Assembly: GCF_040514055.1 (NCBI RefSeq)
Contig: NZ_JBEVDL010000094.1
Coordinates: 11,386 to 75,385 of the forward strand
Direction: 5' to 3'
Source of the DNA: Pseudomonas sp.
GTDB taxonomy: Bacteria > Pseudomonadota > Gammaproteobacteria > Pseudomonadales > Pseudomonadaceae
DNA: 64,000 bases
Part shown: piece after piece, positions 62,001-64,000 of the stretch
Position numbering within the stretch: the first letter of the stretch is position 1
Layout of the letters: every line of letters starts with the position of its first letter
Position numbers and translations under genes: made by a program
The notes under the pieces: model-generated
What the model was told of the DNA's origin: nothing
Seen by the model: the letters and a program-made list of their open reading frames with translations, nothing else
Database searches by the model: none

Positions 62001-63498
62001 CTACGACCTCAAGCAGGTCAACCCCAAGGCGCTGGTCTCGGTCAAGCTGGTGGCCGAAGCCGGGGTCGGCACCATCGCCGCCGGGGTGGCCAAGGCCTAC
62101 GCGGACCTGATCACCATCTCCGGGTATGACGGTGGCACCGGTGCCTCGCCCATCACCTCGATCAAGTATGCCGGTGCACCCTGGGAACTGGGGCTGGCCG
62201 AGACCCACCAGACCCTGCGCGGCAACGACCTGCGCGGCAAGGTCCGGGTGCAGACCGACGGCGGCTTGAAGACCGGCCTGGACGTGATCAAGGCCGCCAT
62301 CCTCGGCGCCGAGAGTTTTGGCTTCGGCACCGCGCCGATGATCGCCCTGGGTTGCAAGTACCTGCGCATCTGTCACCTGAACAACTGCGCCACCGGCGTG
62401 GCCACGCAGAACGACAAGCTGCGCAAGGACCACTTCATCGGCACCGTCGAGATGGTGATGAATTTCTTCACCTTCGTCGCTGAGGAAACCCGCGAATGGC
62501 TGGCCAAGCTGGGTGTTGCCAGCCTGGAACAACTGATCGGACGTACCGACCTGCTGGACATCCTGCCGGGCGAAACCGCCAAGCAGAACCATCTGGACCT
62601 GACCCCGTTGCTCGGTAGCGACCATATCCCGGCCGACAAGCCACAGTTCTGTGGCGTCGAGCGCAACCCGCCCTTCGACCAGGGGCTGCTGGCCGAGCGC
62701 ATGGTGGAGTTGGCCGGTGCGGCGATCGCCAGCAAGAGCGGCGCTCAGTTCGAACTGGATATCTGCAACTGCGATCGCTCCATTGGTGCCCGGGTCTCCG
62801 GCGAAATTGCCCGGGCCCACGGTAACCAGGGCATGGCCAAGGCGCCGATCACGTTCCGCTTCAAGGGCACGGCCGGGCAGAGCTTTGGCGTCTGGAACGC
62901 CGGTGGCCTGCACCTGAACCTGGAAGGCGACGCCAACGATTACGTCGGCAAGGGCATGACCGGCGGCAAGCTGGTGATAGTTCCGCCGCTCGGCAGCCCG
63001 TTCAAGACCCAGGACAGCGCCATCATCGGCAATACCTGCCTGTACGGTGCCACCGGCGGCAAACTGTTCGCTGCCGGTACCGCCGGCGAGCGCTTCGCGG
63101 TGCGTAACTCCGGCGCCCATACGGTCGTCGAGGGCACGGGCGACCATTGCTGCGAATACATGACCGGTGGCTTCGTCTGCGTGTTGGGCCGTACCGGCTA
63201 CAACTTCGGTTCGGGTATGACCGGTGGCTTCGCCTACGTGCTGGACCTGGACAACAGCTTCGTCGACCGGGTCAACCACGAACTGGTGGAGATCCAGCGG
63301 ATCAATAACGAGTCCATGGAGTCGTACCGCAGCCACCTGGAGCGCGTGCTGATCGAATACGTGGCGGAAACCGCCAGCGAGTGGGGCCGCAACCTGCTGG
63401 AAAACCTGGACGATTACCTGCGCAAGTTCTGGCTGGTCAAGCCCAAGGCCGCGAGCCTGGGTTCGTTGCTCTCCAGCACCCGGGCCAACCCGCAATAA
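59050..63498 (+). CDS. gltB: Glutamate synthase large subunit
   Basis: NCGFG N-terminal Cys, [38 protein letters not shown]. Confidence 0.99.
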   Translation: MKAGLYHPDEFKDNCGFGLIAHMQGEASHHLLQTAIEALTCMTHRGGINADGKTGDGCGLLLQKPDIFLRAMAREHFAVDLPKQYAVGMVFFNQDAAKAELARECMNREILAAGLSLVGWRLVPIDTSVLGRLALERLPRIEQVFVSGEGLSDQDFAIKLFSARRRSSVANAADSEHYICSLSHKTIIYKGLMMPADLQQFYPDLGDERLQTAICVFHQRFSTNTLPKWPLAQPFRFLAHNGEINTITGNRNWAQARRTKFANELIPDLDELGPLVNRVGSDSSSMDNMLELMVTGGIDLFRGVRMLIPPAWQNVETMDADLRAFYEFNSMHMEPWDGPAGVVLTDGRHAVCLLDRNGLRPARWVTTTNGYITLASEIGVWGYRPDEVIAKGRVGPGQIFAVDTETGQVLSTDDIDNRLKSRHPYKQWLRKNALRIRATLDDNDHGSAFYEVDRLKHYMKMFQVTFEERDQVLRPLAEQGQEAVGSMGDDTPMAVLSRRVRSTYDYFRQQFAQVTNPPIDPLREAIVMSLEICLGAERNIFEESPEHASRVILSSPVISPAKWRALMELDRPGFERQLIDLNYDESVGLEAAVRNMADQAEEAVRGGKTLLVLSDRAIAEGKLPAHASLVTGAVHHRLVEKGLRCDCNILVETATARDPHHYAVLLGFGASAVYPFLAYEVLGDLIRTGEVLGDLYEVFKHYRKGISKGLLKILSKMGISTVASYRGAQLFEAVGLSDEVVELCFRGVASRIKGARFVDIEAEQKLLAQEAWNNRKQIQQGGLLKFVYGGEYHAYNPDVVNTLQAAVQQGSYAKFKEYTTLVDTRPVSMIRDLLQVKLAEQPLALEQVEPLEAILKRFDSAGISLGALSPEAHEAIAEAMNRLGARSNSGEGGEDPARYGTVKSSKIKQVATGRFGVTPEYLVNAEVLQIKVAQGAKPGEGGQLPGGKVNGLIARLRYAVPGVTLISPPPHHDIYSIEDLAQLIYDLKQVNPKALVSVKLVAEAGVGTIAAGVAKAYADLITISGYDGGTGASPITSIKYAGAPWELGLAETHQTLRGNDLRGKVRVQTDGGLKTGLDVIKAAILGAESFGFGTAPMIALGCKYLRICHLNNCATGVATQNDKLRKDHFIGTVEMVMNFFTFVAEETREWLAKLGVASLEQLIGRTDLLDILPGETAKQNHLDLTPLLGSDHIPADKPQFCGVERNPPFDQGLLAERMVELAGAAIASKSGAQFELDICNCDRSIGARVSGEIARAHGNQGMAKAPITFRFKGTAGQSFGVWNAGGLHLNLEGDANDYVGKGMTGGKLVIVPPLGSPFKTQDSAIIGNTCLYGATGGKLFAAGTAGERFAVRNSGAHTVVEGTGDHCCEYMTGGFVCVLGRTGYNFGSGMTGGFAYVLDLDNSFVDRVNHELVEIQRINNESMESYRSHLERVLIEYVAETASEWGRNLLENLDDYLRKFWLVKPKAASLGSLLSSTRANPQ

Positions 63499-63504
63499 CG
63501 TGGC

Positions 63505-63540
63505 GGCTGGCCCTGAGCTGCTCGCAGCGCAGGGCCAGCC
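63505..63540. other. Long hairpin between gltB and gltD
   Basis: GGCTGGCCCTG-A-GCTGC-TC-GCAGC-G-CAGGGCCAGCC. Confidence 0.55.
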
Positions 63541-63594
63541 GGTCCAGCATGATTGTCCTGCGGCTCGTAGCTTATGGCTCGCCGCTGCTGTTAA

Positions 63595-64000
<406 letters not shown>

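Overview
GC-rich Pseudomonas chromosomal segment, mostly core genes in the familiar order: DUF2339/DUF3999, estA, fbp, blc, pip, dtd, rsmE, tatABC, hisIE, ubiEJB, the complete pha cluster (phaC1-Z-C2-D, phaI-F), hslUV, ftsN, argS, priA, rpmE, malic enzyme, mrcA, pilMNOPQ, aroKB, damX and gltBD. Two accessory blocks interrupt this backbone. (1) 11.1-19.5 kb holds an 11-gene dialkylresorcinol/cyclohexanedione (darAB-type) biosynthetic cluster with its own ACP, ketosynthase, KS-like partner, hotdog dehydratase, ABC exporter, BtrH-like Cys-His-Asp protein, a possible HTH protein and a DUF2141 protein; no aryl-polyene genes or darS/darR regulators are visible in the window. (2) 21.7-23.7 kb holds a GST-kappa/SDR pair with a divergent Cys-bearing HxlR regulator and a duplicated palindromic operator. 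Non-coding structure includes two diverged ~280-bp CTAG-bounded MITE-like elements plus a solo end at the phaD stop, an unannotated GGDEF relic ending at one MITE, two heptamer (CAAGC/GCTTG) palindromic repeat arrays, and candidate PhaD, sigma54, sigma32, Rsm and Hfq/Crc sites. No rRNA, tRNA, CRISPR array, transposase or integrase was seen. All calls come from motif recognition by eye; no database searches were run.
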